Source: Candidatus Sericytochromatia bacterium (GTDB lineage Bacteria > Cyanobacteriota > Sericytochromatia > S15B-MN24 > VGJW01). From it: 32,810 bases of DNA. A program made the translations under genes and the position numbers. The notes under the pieces are model-generated. The model was not told the origin of the DNA and did no database searches. It saw only the letters and a list, made by a program, of their open reading frames with translations. Positions 25,681 to 32,810 of this stretch are shown here, piece after piece. Location of the stretch: the NCBI GenBank assembly GCA_035285865.1, contig JAYKHS010000008.1, forward strand, positions 1-32,810, in the 5' to 3' direction. Position 1 is the first letter of the stretch, and every line of letters starts with the position of its first letter.

Positions 25681-26607
25681 ATGCTTGTCGGCAGATCGGT
25701 GCCGTTGCGATTCGTCATTCGGCACTCCTGGCGACGGCAACTCCTGCTCGTCGTGCTGTCGGCGTTGCTGATTCTCTCGGGTGTGGCCGGAGAGGACCCG
25801 TTGGTCGCCATCGTCGGTCGCATCGAGTCCATCCTGGGTACCGCAGTCTCGATTCTGCTGGGCTTCCGGGTGAACGCGGCCTATGACCGCTGGTGGGAAG
25901 CACGCCGGGCGTGGGGTGCTTTCGTCAACGAGTCGCGGACCCTGGGCCGACAGGTCGTGAGCCTGCTTTCGGGCCATTTTCATGCCGATGCGGACGAGGC
26001 TGCCATCGCCGAGACGCGGAGGACCCTGCTGCTGGGCCAGGCCGGGGTGGCCCATGCCCTCAAGAACCATCTCAGGCGTCAGCCTGACCTGCAGGCCACG
26101 GAACTGGGCCGGTTCCTGCCCCCGGACGCGATGGCCCGTGTCCTGTCGTCACAGCACGTGCCGTTGGCCATTCTGGTCTGGATGGCCAAGACGTTGCAGT
26201 TCGCCTTTGAGGACAGGCACACCGAGGATTTTCGCCACATGCAGATTGATGCGACCTTCAGTCGCATCACGGATGCCATCGGGGCCATGGACCGCATCAA
26301 GACGACCGTCTTTCCGCGTCAATACGCCGTGTTCGGGACGATGTTCACCGCCTTGTTCGTCTACCTGCTGCCCTTGGCCCTCGTGCCCTCGGTCGGCTGG
26401 CTTGCCGTGCCCTTTGTGATGAGCGTGGGGTTCATCTTCTTTGCGCTGGACGGGGTGGCATGGGGTATCGAGAGTCCCTTCGAAAACACCTACAACGACA
26501 CGCCCATGGCCAGCCTCGCCCGTGGGGTCGAGATCCACATGCGCGAGTTGCTCGAGGAGACGGATCGACCCCAGGCCCTCGAACCGGTCGATGGCATCCT
26601 GATGTAG
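25681..26607 (+). CDS. Bestrophin-family anion channel (YneE/VCCN-like)
   Basis: LLGFRVNAAYDRWWEARRAWG, DRIKTTVFP, IESPFEN; AAGGA RBS before ATG 25681. Confidence 0.92.
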   Translation: MLVGRSVPLRFVIRHSWRRQLLLVVLSALLILSGVAGEDPLVAIVGRIESILGTAVSILLGFRVNAAYDRWWEARRAWGAFVNESRTLGRQVVSLLSGHFHADADEAAIAETRRTLLLGQAGVAHALKNHLRRQPDLQATELGRFLPPDAMARVLSSQHVPLAILVWMAKTLQFAFEDRHTEDFRHMQIDATFSRITDAIGAMDRIKTTVFPRQYAVFGTMFTALFVYLLPLALVPSVGWLAVPFVMSVGFIFFALDGVAWGIESPFENTYNDTPMASLARGVEIHMRELLEETDRPQALEPVDGILM

Positions 26608-26625
26608 CACGCCGCCCGGTCCGGA

Positions 26626-26654
26626 TTGACGGAGGCTCCGCCGGTCGCTACGAT
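26626..26654 (+). promoter_or_regulatory. Sigma70-type promoter TTGACG-N17-TACGAT; leaderless start at 26662
   Basis: -35 at 26626-26631, -10 at 26649-26654, ATG 7 nt downstream. Confidence 0.75.
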
Positions 26655-26661
26655 GCCCGGA

Positions 26662-27234
26662 ATGAGCGATGCCCCGTCCCCCCTGCGGTTGAACCTCGAC
26701 GAGGCCGTCATCCTGCTCATCGGTGTCCGTCTGCTTGGCGAGATGGTGGAGACCATCGAGATCAACGGCCGGTCGCAGGAGCGCCTGATTCCCGCCCTCA
26801 TCGACAAGCTGGCGGGTGTCGTCCCCCAGGAGCTGCAGCGGATCACGGGCGAGATCATCGAGGAAATCCTCGTCAGCCACTGGGACGAGAGTGGCGGGCG
26901 TCCCGCCCAGGATGACGAGGAATCCTTTCCGGGCCCGATGTACGCCATCGAGGAGACGCTGCCGGTGCTGTTCGAGGCCATCGCTGCCGGGCGAACGGTG
27001 GCGGTCGACTATTACTCGATGGCCAGCGAGGACGTGGGCACAGTCCATCTGGACCCTTACGGCATCAAGCAGGTCGGCGATCTCTACTGGGTGGTCGCCT
27101 ATGCCCACGAGCGGGGCGAGCGCAGCGTCTTTCGCGTCGATCGCATCAAGTCGCTCGAAATCACGCAGAAGACCTTCGACAAGCCTGATGCCTTCCGCAT
27201 CGACGAGTTCTTCTCGGACGAATCCGCAAACTGA
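26662..27234 (+). CDS. WYL-domain protein without recognisable HTH or WCX domain
   Basis: LFEAIAAGRTVAVDYYS...LDPYGI...YWVVAY...RSVFRVDRIKSL...FDKP. Confidence 0.88.
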   Translation: MSDAPSPLRLNLDEAVILLIGVRLLGEMVETIEINGRSQERLIPALIDKLAGVVPQELQRITGEIIEEILVSHWDESGGRPAQDDEESFPGPMYAIEETLPVLFEAIAAGRTVAVDYYSMASEDVGTVHLDPYGIKQVGDLYWVVAYAHERGERSVFRVDRIKSLEITQKTFDKPDAFRIDEFFSDESAN

Positions 27235-27314
27235 GGCGGGAATTCCGGCAGGTGACCTGCGGCTGGTCTCCGGCGGGGCTGGCCCTTCACCCGGGCGTCT
27301 GTGGCGCAAGACGA

Positions 27315-27342
27315 AGCCCCCCGGCCGTCAGGCCGAGGGGCT
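27315..27342 (-). terminator. Probable intrinsic terminator after the cytochrome c gene
   Basis: Minus strand AGCCCCTCGGCC-TGAC-GGCCGGGGGGCT hairpin followed by TCGTCTT, about 14 nt after the stop; the U-tract is weak. Confidence 0.65.
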
Positions 27343-27356
27343 CCGGTTCTTGAAGG

Positions 27357-27722
27357 CTACTTCTTCTTGAACTGCAGGACGTAGGCGACGACGTCCTTGC
27401 GGTCCTGCGGCTTCAGGAAGCCCCAGGCGGGCATCTGGGCGGAAGCGCCGCCACCGTAGCCGGCGCCGCCCTTCTCGACCATCTTGGCCACGTTGGCCTC
27501 GACGCCCTTGGTGCGCTTGAACTCGCCCTTCCAGAAGTTGGCCGCGTTTGCGAGGACGGGCTTCTTGGTGGCCTCGCTGCCGTGGCAGGTGGCGCAGTTG
27601 GCCTGGAATACCTTCTTGCCGTTGGCGACGTTGCCACCCGCGGCGTGGGCGGGCTGGACCGTCAGGGCGAGGGCGATGGCCAGGGGCGTGACGACGCCGC
27701 TGGCGGCAAGGATGTGGCGCAT
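27357..27722 (-). CDS. Periplasmic monoheme cytochrome c (c6/c553-like)
   Basis: Signal peptide ending AHA; NGKKVFQANCATCH (CxxCH); QMPAW axial Met; DVVAYV; AGGAG RBS. Confidence 0.92.
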   Translation of the reverse strand: MRHILAASGVVTPLAIALALTVQPAHAAGGNVANGKKVFQANCATCHGSEATKKPVLANAANFWKGEFKRTKGVEANVAKMVEKGGAGYGGGASAQMPAWGFLKPQDRKDVVAYVLQFKKK

Positions 27723-27759
27723 GATGCTGGCTCCTGCTAGGTGGGTGCGACTGTCCGCG

Positions 27760-27765
27760 ATTGTA
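27760..27765 (-). promoter_or_regulatory. Putative -10 box TACAAT for the cytochrome c gene
   Basis: Near-consensus hexamer 37 nt upstream of the ATG in a GC-rich intergenic region. Confidence 0.55.
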
Positions 27766-27789
27766 CACCACGCTTGCCTGTCGGTGGCA

Positions 27790-29514
27790 TCAGCGGGCCG
27801 TCTCCGTCGGCGTCGTCCACGCGGAACGGCTGGTCAGGTGAAGGCCGAGCCAGCTCCGCAGACCTCCGGCCTCATGGATGGCAGCGTGGATCGTATCCAG
27901 AGGGTCCGTCACCCGCATCCGCTCGGCCGGGCCGCCCTCCGGCCGGCGCAGCACCAACTCCTGGTTTCCGCCTCGGGTCCACGGCCGGACGCCCGCTCCG
28001 GCAAGTGCCTCAGGAACGCCGGGGGCCCATTCGTCCGCGATGACGACCACCACGCCCAAGGACGCGAGCGCTTGCGCCCAGGCCTCTGCCCGAGGCCCGA
28101 GATCCAGGGTGCGCGGCAGGCGCAGGGCCGCAAAGACCCCGGGGGGCGGACCCAACTGCCCCTGCAAGCTGCGGGCGGCGTCCGTAACCGTCACGCGCTG
28201 TTTCTCGGCAGGCACCACAAGTGTGCATTCAGGCTCCCAGAGCACGGGGGGATCGCCGGCATCGGGCTGTCGTGCCTCAATCCACGTGCCTCGATGGCTC
28301 GGGAGATGCTTGCCTGACCACGGCACGGGCAAGGGCGACAGGTGGGGCTCCCCGGACCAACGAGCCAGCATCCATCGCCCGATTGTCTCCGGAGAGGCCA
28401 GCCAGGCGTCGGTCCCGGACCATGCCCCGGTGCCCAGCCAAGTCCCGCCGGCCGGACCAGGAGGCAGCGGTTCATCGGCGCCAGTCAGCATCCCGCCTGC
28501 CCGCAGCCACGCATCCAGATGGCCGACGGCGGCCACGCGGCGCAACTCGAGCGGGCTGGCCATCATCAGGCGCAGCGGACCCGCCTGCCAGGGGGAACGC
28601 GGTGCGCTGGCCTCCAGCCATCGGGCCACGAGGTCGGCCGTGCCGGTTCCCGACTCGCCCAGCAGGACGCCGGCATCCGTCAGGCCATCGAGCGCAGCCA
28701 CGCCTTGGGGGACCGCAGCCGCGCCGGGTGGCAGCACGCGCGGAACGCAGGCTGACCAGGCAAGGCTCAGGGCGTGTTCCGGTCCTTCCCGCCACGGCGT
28801 GGGCGGGGTGCCGCGTCCGAGTGTCTCGAGCGCGTCTCCTGCCATGCCATCGCCCGGGAAGACGACCGACACGGCGCCCCCGCGGATTAATGCATGGATG
28901 CACCGGACCCGGTCCTCGACGGGAAGGCCTGCGGCACCCGGTCCCTCCATCAGCACGATGTGGCCTTGCCAGGCCCCCGGATCAGCCGTCGCCCACAGCG
29001 CGAGCGCCAGATCCGTGCCATCCGGACTTTGTGCGCGATCGGCCCTGACATGCACGGGGCAGAGCGGTGGCACGGTCACGGTCATCGGGAGGCCGCGATC
29101 GAGGTGCAGCAGGTCGGCGGTCCGGGCCGGTAGTACCAGGCACCCGAAGGCACCACCGGCGGTCAGTTCGGGATGGTTGCCGACGATCAGGCGCCCCGGG
29201 GCCGCGAGATTCTCCAGCACGACGCGACCCGGCGAAGCACCGCCGGCCTCCGTGACCCACCAGCCTTCCTCGCGCAGCGTCACGGCTGCACCGACGATCT
29301 CGGGGCGATGCGTGCCGCGATCGAGGATGGCGAGGCGCAGCGCGCCGTGCAGCGGGCTCGGGTGTCGGGCCGGCAACTCCCCCAGGCCCTCGGCCAGATC
29401 CAAGGAACCCGCGGCATCGACGACCACGGCGTCCGGGCTCAGCGCCACCGGTGCCCCGGGGATCAGGATGCCCCCGGCCCAGGCCCGATCCAGGATGCGG
29501 TCGACGCTACGCAT
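27790..29514 (-). CDS. Aconitase-family homologue (574 aa) lacking Fe-S ligands and catalytic motifs
   Basis: Colinear aconitase scaffold motifs: AAPGRLIVG..., GGAFG, EGPGAAGLPVEDR, GAVSVVFP, WLASPET, LGVVVVIA, GVRP, EAGGL. ATG overlaps the RluA stop by 8 nt. Confidence 0.8.
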   Translation of the reverse strand: MRSVDRILDRAWAGGILIPGAPVALSPDAVVVDAAGSLDLAEGLGELPARHPSPLHGALRLAILDRGTHRPEIVGAAVTLREEGWWVTEAGGASPGRVVLENLAAPGRLIVGNHPELTAGGAFGCLVLPARTADLLHLDRGLPMTVTVPPLCPVHVRADRAQSPDGTDLALALWATADPGAWQGHIVLMEGPGAAGLPVEDRVRCIHALIRGGAVSVVFPGDGMAGDALETLGRGTPPTPWREGPEHALSLAWSACVPRVLPPGAAAVPQGVAALDGLTDAGVLLGESGTGTADLVARWLEASAPRSPWQAGPLRLMMASPLELRRVAAVGHLDAWLRAGGMLTGADEPLPPGPAGGTWLGTGAWSGTDAWLASPETIGRWMLARWSGEPHLSPLPVPWSGKHLPSHRGTWIEARQPDAGDPPVLWEPECTLVVPAEKQRVTVTDAARSLQGQLGPPPGVFAALRLPRTLDLGPRAEAWAQALASLGVVVVIADEWAPGVPEALAGAGVRPWTRGGNQELVLRRPEGGPAERMRVTDPLDTIHAAIHEAGGLRSWLGLHLTSRSAWTTPTETAR

Positions 29515-30391
29515 GCGCAGCCAGCTCCCGGAGGCTGGTCGGCAGGGGGGGCAGGTCGTCGGGCCAATGCGCCTCGAAGTTCGTCGCCGCCCCGGTGCGC
29601 GGGTGGGGGAACGTGAGGCGGTGCGCATGCAGCGCCATTCGTCCCGCGGAGCCTCCGGGACCGTAGCGCGTGTCCCCGACCAAGGGGTGCCCCAGGTGCG
29701 CCATGTGGACACGGATCTGGTGGGTCCGACCGGTTTCGAGCGTCAGCAAGAGCCACGTGCCCGAGGTCCGGGGACAAGGGGCCGAGGCGAGGATGCGGGT
29801 GCGGGCCTCCTGCCCGCCCGCAGGATCGACACGACGGTCGCCCGTCTCGGGATCACGGCCGATGGGGGCATCCACCTCGGCGGGCCAACTGGTGCGCGTG
29901 CCGGGGACCAAGGCCACGTAGGTGCGGCGGATCTCGCGTCGGGTCATGGCCTGCCCCAGCAGGGAAGCCGCCCAAGGATGGCGCGCGGCCAGCAGCAGGC
30001 CCGAGGTCTCCCGGTCGAGGCGTTGCGCGAGGTGCGCGGCCCCGTAGCGTTCGGCCAGGGCATCCGCGAGCGTGCCGGAGGCCACGCCATGCGTCGGGTG
30101 GCAGACGAGGCCCGCCGGCTTGTCGAGCACGATGACGTCCTCGTCCTCGTGGACGACGGTGAGGGGGACCACGGTCTGTCCGGAGGGACGGGCGGGTTCC
30201 CAGCGCACCTCGATGCGGGCTCCGGGGGTCGGGCGATGCCAGGGCAGGGCCGACACGCCGTCCTGAGTGATGCCTCCCTCGGCCCAGATCCGCCGCAGCA
30301 GGCGCCGCGGCAAGCCCACGCGCTCGCGCAGCAGGGCGTGCAGCGTCAGCGCGGCCTCGGCCTCGCCCGCCGTCAGCTCCAGCAGCCTCAT
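29507..30391 (-). CDS. RluA/RluD-family pseudouridine synthase
   Basis: DKPAGLVCHP, QRLDRETSG (catalytic Asp), LETGRTHQIRVH, GHPLVGD..YG and ALHA motifs. Confidence 0.94.
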   Translation of the reverse strand: MRLLELTAGEAEAALTLHALLRERVGLPRRLLRRIWAEGGITQDGVSALPWHRPTPGARIEVRWEPARPSGQTVVPLTVVHEDEDVIVLDKPAGLVCHPTHGVASGTLADALAERYGAAHLAQRLDRETSGLLLAARHPWAASLLGQAMTRREIRRTYVALVPGTRTSWPAEVDAPIGRDPETGDRRVDPAGGQEARTRILASAPCPRTSGTWLLLTLETGRTHQIRVHMAHLGHPLVGDTRYGPGGSAGRMALHAHRLTFPHPRTGAATNFEAHWPDDLPPLPTSLRELAAHA

Positions 30392-30397
30392 GGCGCC

Positions 30398-30414
30398 ATT
30401 GTACGTGTTACGCT
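30398..30414. promoter_or_regulatory. Back-to-back -10 boxes for two leaderless divergent genes
   Basis: Minus: TACAAT (30403-30398) + 6 nt + ATG 30391. Plus: TGtTACGCT (30406-30414) + 7 nt + ATG 30422. The intergenic gap is only 30 bp. Confidence 0.72.
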
Positions 30415-30421
30415 GGGCCTG

Positions 30422-31339
30422 ATGAGGCAGGTCTTCGTGACGGGCGCGGCAGGCTGCGTGGGTCACTACGTCCTGGAGCACCTGCTCGACCTGCCCGACT
30501 GCCATCCCGTGGTGCTGCTCCGGGACCCGAGTCGCCTGCGGGCCGACCTGCGCGAGCGGGTCACGTGCATCGAAGGCGATTTGGCCCGGCCGGAACCGTG
30601 GTTGCCCCGCCTGGCCGAGGTCGATGCCGCCGTGCTGGTCGCGACCAGCTGGGGTGGTCCCTTGGCCCGGCAAGTCAACGTGGAGACGACCCACGCGATG
30701 CTGAAGGCGATGCCGCGCGCCGGCCGGATCGTCTACTTCTCGACGGCGAGCATGCTGGACCCCGACGGTTCGCTTGACCCGGCTGCCGGCGTGCTCGGCA
30801 CCGACTACATCCGCACGAAGCACGAAGCGATCTCTACCTTGGATGACGGCCGGGTGGTGCCGGTCTTCCCCACCGTCGTCCTCGGGGGAGACGATCGGCA
30901 TCCCCGTTCGGCCGCAACGGCCGGTCTGCCTGGCCTGAAGCCTTGGCGTCCCCTGCTCGCCCGGTTGTCCTTCGACGGGGTTTTTCATGTCATCCATGCC
31001 AGCGACCTCGCGCGGTTTGCCGTCTGGTTGCTGGATCATCAGCCTCCGGAGGGTCGGCTGGTCGTCGGCCTGCCCGCCCTGACGGTCCGGGAGGTGGCGA
31101 GCACGCTTGCCGGAGTGCTCGGGGCACGGCCTGCGGGACCGTGGGATCTGTCCGCCCTGCTCGAGCGCCTGCCGCGCCTGATTCCCTGGAAGTTCACGTC
31201 CTGGGACCTGCATTGCCTGGCGAGACGCCACTTTCGCTATCCCGTGGTGGATCTGGCTGGCCTGACAGGGCGGCTGGATTATCCGGACCTGATGGCGATC
31301 TTGAGGTCGGATCCGCGGTTGGTTCCCGAGAAGGGGTGA
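30422..31339 (+). CDS. NAD-dependent epimerase/dehydratase (extended SDR)
   Basis: VFVTGAAGCVG Rossmann motif, YFSTAS, YIRTK (YxxxK), IHASDLA. Confidence 0.88.
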   Translation: MRQVFVTGAAGCVGHYVLEHLLDLPDCHPVVLLRDPSRLRADLRERVTCIEGDLARPEPWLPRLAEVDAAVLVATSWGGPLARQVNVETTHAMLKAMPRAGRIVYFSTASMLDPDGSLDPAAGVLGTDYIRTKHEAISTLDDGRVVPVFPTVVLGGDDRHPRSAATAGLPGLKPWRPLLARLSFDGVFHVIHASDLARFAVWLLDHQPPEGRLVVGLPALTVREVASTLAGVLGARPAGPWDLSALLERLPRLIPWKFTSWDLHCLARRHFRYPVVDLAGLTGRLDYPDLMAILRSDPRLVPEKG

Positions 31340-31617
31340 CGGGGCGGCCAGTCACTCGCCGCTCAACGAGGTCGAATCCTCGGACCGTTGGCGAGGGTAG
31401 CGCGTGAGATGACGACCACCTGCGGGGAGGTTCGGTCAATCCCGGTGAAGTTTGGTGGCCGGGGGGCCGATCCGTTGAACGCCTGCAGGTGCCGGAAACG
31501 TCGACGGGCGTAACCGGCAGCACGCTGGTGGCCGAGATTCCTGCAGCAGGTTGCTGCAGAGAACCGCGGTGACACGCCATTGGCTGAAGCGTTCCTGTCG
31601 GGCAAGGCGTGGGTGAA

Positions 31618-31653
31618 CGGCCCCGCCGGGGCAGTCCTGCCCCGGCGGGGCCG
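31618..31653. repeat. Perfect 17-bp GC-rich inverted repeat
   Basis: CGGCCCCGCCGGGGCAG-TC-CTGCCCCGGCGGGGCCG. Confidence 0.9.
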
Positions 31654-31767
31654 ACTTCGCTGCTGCGGGCCTCGGTTCAGCGGCCACACCGAACGAGCGC
31701 CGTTTCGTGAGGAGCTTGCCCGTCCATCTGGATCGATGTTCCTGCCAGATGACACCAAGGAATCCGA

Positions 31768-32684
31768 GGTCAAGTCCCAAGACGTGGTGTAACTTCCGCA
31801 ATCCTCTCTGGGGATGACTGTACCTCTCAGGCCACGAGCATCATCGGCTCCTCCTTGGCGTTGCCGTCCAGAAGCTCGAGACTGACGAGGCTCAGGTAGC
31901 GCTTGCCCACCAGCCACTCGTCCGACTGCTCGGCAAGCACCATCCCGACGAGGCGCGTCATCGCCTGACGGTTCGGGAAGATCCCCACCACCGCACATCT
32001 GCGGCCGATCTCTCGGTTCAGGCGCTCAAGGGGATTCGTGGACCGAATCTTCCGCCAATGCGCTTGCGGGAAGGCCATGTACGCCAGGATGTCCTCCTCG
32101 GCCTCGTTCAGCAACCGGGACACATTGGGGAACGACCGCGCAAGCTTGTCCGCCGTCCGCCGCAACTGGGCACGCGCAGCCTCCTTGTCCGGCTGCGAGA
32201 AGACCGTCCGCACCGCCGCACCCACCATCCCCTGCTGATGCTTGCCCACCCGCGACAGCACGTTGCGCATGAAGTGCACCGTACAACGCTGCCAAGTCGC
32301 CCCGGTGAGCACCTCGGCAATCGCACGCTGCAGTCCGGCATGGGCATCGCTGATGACCAGCTGCGTCCCGTGCAGCCCCCGTCCCACAAGCCCGCGCAGG
32401 AAGTTCACCCACGCCTCGTGGCTTTCTGCTGCACCCACCTCGAGACCCAGGACCTCGCGGTATCCCTCGCTGTTCACGCCATAGGCCACCACCACGGCAC
32501 TCGAGACCACCCGCTTCCCCTCACGGACCTTCTCTACCGTGGCATCCAGCCACAGGTACGGATACGCCTTGTCCAACGGGCGCTCCCGAAACGCCGATAC
32601 TTCCTCATCCAGTCCTTGGCAGACCCGGCTGACCTCGCTCCGGGAAAGGCTCTCGACTCCCAGAGCCTGCACCAGGTCCTCCAC
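31768..32684 (-). mobile_element. IS256-family element, 3' part, interrupted by IS3
   Basis: Transposase fragment plus a typical IS256-like end TTACACCACGTCTTGGGACTTGACC (minus strand, ending about 31768). Confidence 0.9.
31827..32684 (-). pseudogene. IS256 (Mutator-like) transposase, N-terminus cut off by IS3 insertion
   Basis: YLWLDA, LVISDAH, QRCTVH and STNPLERLNREI (DDE) motifs. The first 17 residues of ORF 31827..32735 come from the IS3 IR. Confidence 0.92.
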
Positions 32685-32810
32685 TGACCTGCTCCCCATA
32701 AACCGCCCCATCCAAAACTGGGATTTCCCGGGCACAAGCCCAGAAGGAGATCCAGATGAAGACCAGCAGGTTCAGCGAGGAGCAGATCATCAAGGCCATC
32801 AAGGAGGCCG
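32685..32810 (+). mobile_element. Left end of an IS3-family (IS407-like) element
   Basis: IR TGACCTGCTCCCCATAAACCGCCCCATCCAAAACTGGGAT at 32685-32724, AAGGAG RBS, then the OrfA start. Confidence 0.92.
32756..32810 (+). CDS. IS3-family OrfA N-terminus (runs off window)
   Basis: MKTSRFSEEQIIKAIKEA, typical of the IS407-group OrfA start. Confidence 0.9.
   Translation, partial: MKTSRFSEEQIIKAIKEA

Noticed and set aside
27248..27260. Palindrome GCAGGTGACCTGC containing the first 8 nt of the IS3 IR
   Set aside because: The match stops at 8 nt and 6-bp arms are expected by chance; no other IS sequence nearby.
27878..30421. 1153-aa plus-strand ORF 27878..31339 as one giant protein
   Set aside because: Only the part from ATG 30422 is a real SDR. 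The rest is the antisense shadow of the RluA and aconitase-like genes; long stop-free shadow frames are expected at this GC content.
31363..31801. Short ORFs 31363..31998, 31436..31801 and 31580..31792
   Set aside because: They cross the IS256 end or lack start signals, and no protein motifs were recognised.
32685..32735. N-terminus MPGKSQFWMGRFMGSRS of the IS256 ORF
   Set aside because: It is read from the reverse strand of the IS3 left end, not transposase sequence.

Overview
GC-rich (roughly 68-70% by eye) bacterial chromosomal segment, mostly housekeeping and envelope genes. It is bounded by partial copies of an IS3-family (IS407-like) element: the right end at 1-126 truncates an NHL-repeat lipoprotein gene, and the left end at 32685-32810 sits inside an IS256 transposase. 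Gene order: a long FtsA-like ATPase with C-terminal repeats, icd, FlK-type thioesterase-folD-orphan, an ArsR/beta-carbonic anhydrase/SulP operon, sppA plus a membrane protein, gmhB-murJ-hypothetical-DUF4388-livKHMGF-tRNA nucleotidyltransferase, a four-repeat peptidoglycan-binding protein divergent from a metallopeptidase/beta-propeller/Omp85 fusion, bestrophin, a minimal WYL protein, a c6-like cytochrome, an aconitase-fold pseudoenzyme coupled to an RluA-family gene, and an SDR epimerase. The organism is a diderm (Omp85, GmhB). Several proteins look cyanobacteria-related, so a non-photosynthetic Cyanobacteriota relative is a weak, untested guess. The most unusual signals are: an intact aconitase-like gene lacking all Fe-S and catalytic motifs, the orphan FtsA-like fusion, the PG-binding/Omp85-peptidase pair, a recurrent leaderless-promoter architecture, a WYL protein without HTH, two AT-rich intragenic patches, and a structured leader before the bestrophin gene. 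No rRNA, tRNA or CRISPR array was seen. All family calls come from motif recognition by eye, not database searches.
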